The position numbers and the translations under genes are program-made. The notes under the pieces were generated by a model, which saw only the letters and a program-made list of their open reading frames with translations, made no database searches and had not been told where the DNA came from. From a virus (lineage: Duplodnaviria; Caudoviricetes): a stretch of 64,000 nt of DNA. Position 1 is the first letter of the stretch, and each line of letters opens with the position of its first letter. Positions 61,852-64,000 of this stretch are shown in pieces. Where the stretch lies: positions 1,868 to 65,867 of IMG/VR virus record IMGVR_UViG_2767802493_000005. One strand, given 5' to 3'.

Positions 61852-62505
61852 ATGCTGGAGGCTTTCTTCCTGGCGACCGCCAAGGCGGCGCCGGCGACCA
61901 CTGCCGCGGCGAGTGCCGGCGAAGACTGGAAGTGGCTAGTGCCGGTAGCTACGCTGATCTTGGGCTTCGCTCTGAAGTGGTTTCAGGATTTCGTCACTGA
62001 GCGCCACCGTCGGGGCCATGAGCGGGCGTTGCGCCGAGAACAACGGTTTGACCAACTCCGAGCACGCAGGGTCGATGCGGAACGCGCGAATCTTCTAGAG
62101 TTGCAGCCCCTAGTGGTGAACTTCGTGCAGGCTGCGACCGACGCATACAGGCTGAAGATGAGGTCGTTTGCACAAGGGCTTGGACCGGCCTCGTATTTGC
62201 CGGGCAGCGAGTATCAGCATGAGGGGTCGCGTAAGGCCATGGCTGCGGTCGACGACGCGGTACGGCGGTCGTCGGCGGCAATTATCCCGCTACAGGCTCG
62301 GCTGCACTCCGTAGAAGTGCGAGTAGCGCTGAACGATCTGATCGACGTGGTCTGGGCGGCAATGGACGCCAAGTCCAGTGAGGACATGAGAAGGGCTTGG
62401 GACCAAGTCGATCTACCGCACAACAATCTGCACGGAGTGATGGGGCGAACCATCAAGCAGCTCGAGGACGAGAACCAGCAGCTCGGGGATCCGCCGATCC
62501 GCTGA
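61852..62505 (+). CDS. Single-TM helical moron protein
   Basis: WKWLVPVATLILGFALKWF followed by a charged coiled coil. Confidence 0.65.
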   Translation: MLEAFFLATAKAAPATTAAASAGEDWKWLVPVATLILGFALKWFQDFVTERHRRGHERALRREQRFDQLRARRVDAERANLLELQPLVVNFVQAATDAYRLKMRSFAQGLGPASYLPGSEYQHEGSRKAMAAVDDAVRRSSAAIIPLQARLHSVEVRVALNDLIDVVWAAMDAKSSEDMRRAWDQVDLPHNNLHGVMGRTIKQLEDENQQLGDPPIR

Positions 62506-62513
62506 TCGTGGTG

Positions 62514-62550
62514 TTGGTCAACATCTAATGTTGACCAAGAAGTTGACCAA
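62514..62550. repeat. Integrase arm-type sites (right arm)
   Basis: TTGGTCAAC 62514-62522 (inverted); GTTGACCAA 62530-62538 and 62542-62550. Confidence 0.8.
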
Positions 62551-62594
62551 ACGCTGCCAATCGATGCCCATTTCAGCCCATGCGGCAGTGATCA

Positions 62595-62631
62595 ACGAAA
62601 AAGCCCATCAAGCTAAAGCATTGATGGGCTT
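62595..62631 (-). terminator. Minus-strand intrinsic terminator inside the right phage arm
   Basis: AAGCCCATCAA-N9-TTGATGGGCTT followed by TTTCGTT on the minus strand. Confidence 0.75.
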
Positions 62632-62677
62632 CGTTATTTCTGCTTTCTGGAAGCCGGCGCCGATGGCGTCACGGGGA

Positions 62678-62696
62678 CAATGCACCCCCGGTTTCT
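62678..62696. repeat. attR core
   Basis: Identical to 2833-2851. Confidence 0.93.
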
Positions 62697-62750
62697 ACAG
62701 TGCTGCAAGGTACAGGGCCGATTCCGTGTCGCCACGGGCAGGGCCTGCCC

Positions 62751-62795
62751 AACGATGCGAATGTTACGGCAATCTTGCTGAACAGTCACGCGGTC
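62751..62795 (-). promoter_or_regulatory. Displaced native ssrA promoter (-35 GTGACT 62789-62784, -10 TAACAT 62766-62761)
   Basis: On the host side of attR; 43/45 identical to 2911-2955. Confidence 0.8.
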
Positions 62796-62908
62796 GGGCT
62801 TCACGTAGAGGCAGCAGTGCATTCCCGGCCGCGCGGCGGGTCACCTGGCACATTGCCGTGCCTGGTTCGACATGTTCGAATCCGTGGGTGCCTCTCCAGG
62901 ATTGCGCG

Positions 62909-64000
62909 ATGGCCGTTTTCATCAGTTCCGGCAGGATGCGGTTGCGATGGATGGGGATGGTGGCCGTGGGGGCCCTGGCACTGCAGGCCGGGACTGTCGC
63001 GGCCGCAGAATCCTCGCGTGCGTCGGTGGAGGTGGCGTACAGCCCCCCGCTGGACCTGTTCAACCTGCTCGACAACCTTCCGGATTGGCTGCCGGGCTAT
63101 ACCACTGCGGCCTACCAGCAGGAATGGCAGCGGCACTTTGGTCTGGACGAGCGTGATCGCCACTTGCTCGCCGGCTACGCTGCATTCCGCCGGCGTACGT
63201 CACCATTGGCACGGGACGATGAGGCCAAGGGCACGCCGGCTGATCGCCTGTTCGCGGGCTCCGATACCCGCACGGGTGATTCATATACGCGCCATTTCCT
63301 CGCTGCGGCCTCTTTCGATGCCGCCACTGAGAGTGCGATCGCCGCCCAGACTCCCGACGATCAGGCGCTGCTGAGGCAGTATTACGCGCGCTTCGCGCCG
63401 CGTGCACGGCGCCTGTTGACGGCGGCGCAACCGTTCCACGAGCAGCAGGACGCGCTTGCCCGTCAGCTCACGTCGCCTCCAGTGGGCAGGCTTGCGGATG
63501 AAATGAAAGCCTTCTTCAAGGTGGATGCTCCCCCGACCTTCCAGGTTCGTTTCCTCTGGTGGCCGGATGCCACGCAGACGCAGGCAAAGCTCCGTGGCGG
63601 TTACATTTTCCTGTTCTCGACGTTCGATGCCAAAGAAGACTGGGCACCGATCGTGATGCATGAATACAGCCATTTTCTTTCCGCGGGACAACCATTGAAG
63701 CAGCGGCAGCTGTTGGCTGGGGCGTTTGCTGCGCTATGTCCGGAAGCATTGACGTTGCCCAATCCGTTGAATGCCCTGGAGGAGCCGCTGGCCATCTACT
63801 GGGGCCAGTATCGGTTCCAGCATCAGGTGCGTGGCGAGACGCTGTCGGCGGCGTCCTCGTGGTACATCCAGCCGCGTGCGGATCGTGCGGCGAAGGCACT
63901 TGCCATTGCGTTTCCGGCGGGACGGCCCGCGCCACGCCTGGAGGTCGGCCCGCTGCTGGATGCGGCGGCATCGGTGTGTGCTTACGCCAAGGTTGAATAG
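62909..64000 (+). CDS. Host exported protein with an HExxH zinc-metallopeptidase motif
   Basis: Signal peptide (..ALALQAGTVAAA), IVMHEYSHF and downstream LEEPLA; stop TAG at 63998-64000. Confidence 0.65.
   Translation: MAVFISSGRMRLRWMGMVAVGALALQAGTVAAAESSRASVEVAYSPPLDLFNLLDNLPDWLPGYTTAAYQQEWQRHFGLDERDRHLLAGYAAFRRRTSPLARDDEAKGTPADRLFAGSDTRTGDSYTRHFLAAASFDAATESAIAAQTPDDQALLRQYYARFAPRARRLLTAAQPFHEQQDALARQLTSPPVGRLADEMKAFFKVDAPPTFQVRFLWWPDATQTQAKLRGGYIFLFSTFDAKEDWAPIVMHEYSHFLSAGQPLKQRQLLAGAFAALCPEALTLPNPLNALEEPLAIYWGQYRFQHQVRGETLSAASSWYIQPRADRAAKALAIAFPAGRPAPRLEVGPLLDAAASVCAYAKVE

Larger units (their letters stand above)
2833..62696. mobile_element. Complete temperate podovirus-type prophage (~59.9 kb) integrated at the ssrA 5' end
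   Basis: 19-bp direct repeat at both ends, int/xis, immunity, replication, lysis, terminase, portal, capsid, tail and ejection genes; no obvious frameshifts in core genes. Confidence 0.95.

Noticed and set aside
62528-62908. N-terminal extension of the last ORF (track 62528-64000)
   Set aside because: Crosses arm sites, terminator, attR and the ssrA promoter; the signal peptide begins at ~62909-62936.

Overview
GC-rich Xanthomonadaceae DNA, most likely Stenotrophomonas (tmRNA tag ANDDNYALAA). About 94% of the window is one apparently intact ~59.9-kb temperate podovirus-type prophage, bounded by a 19-bp direct repeat CAATGCACCCCCGGTTTCT at 2833-2851 and 62678-62696. It is integrated at the 5' end of ssrA (tmRNA, 2491-2844, minus strand). 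The phage carries its own 43/45-identical copy of the ssrA promoter block, so ssrA is now driven from phage DNA. The displaced host promoter is stranded at 62.75 kb and fires into a phage terminator. A second element with a P4-type integrase occupies the 3' side of ssrA (1-2490, truncated by the window) and supplies the ssrA terminator. Prophage order: int/xis and a leftward early operon (ASCH-like, HNH, cupin, RdgC), a peptidase-less repressor and Cro with 14-bp operators, CII-like and O/P-like replication genes with iterons, a Lar-like/Q-like fusion, morons, an initiator-like tRNA-Met, and a lysis cassette. Fibre genes sit ahead of terS/terL, followed by a P22-like portal, scaffold, CsrA-like protein, N4-gp56-type capsid, tail and ejection proteins ending in a 3182-aa polyvalent protein, then SRAP and membrane-anchored morons. 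Best leads: (1) 5'-end ssrA integration with promoter replacement; (2) an identical palindrome/-10/ATG promoter in front of homologous small genes in both elements; (3) a duplicated module coding on both strands after cro; (4) a structured RNA between the tRNA and the holin. Family assignments come from motif recognition by eye, not from database searches.
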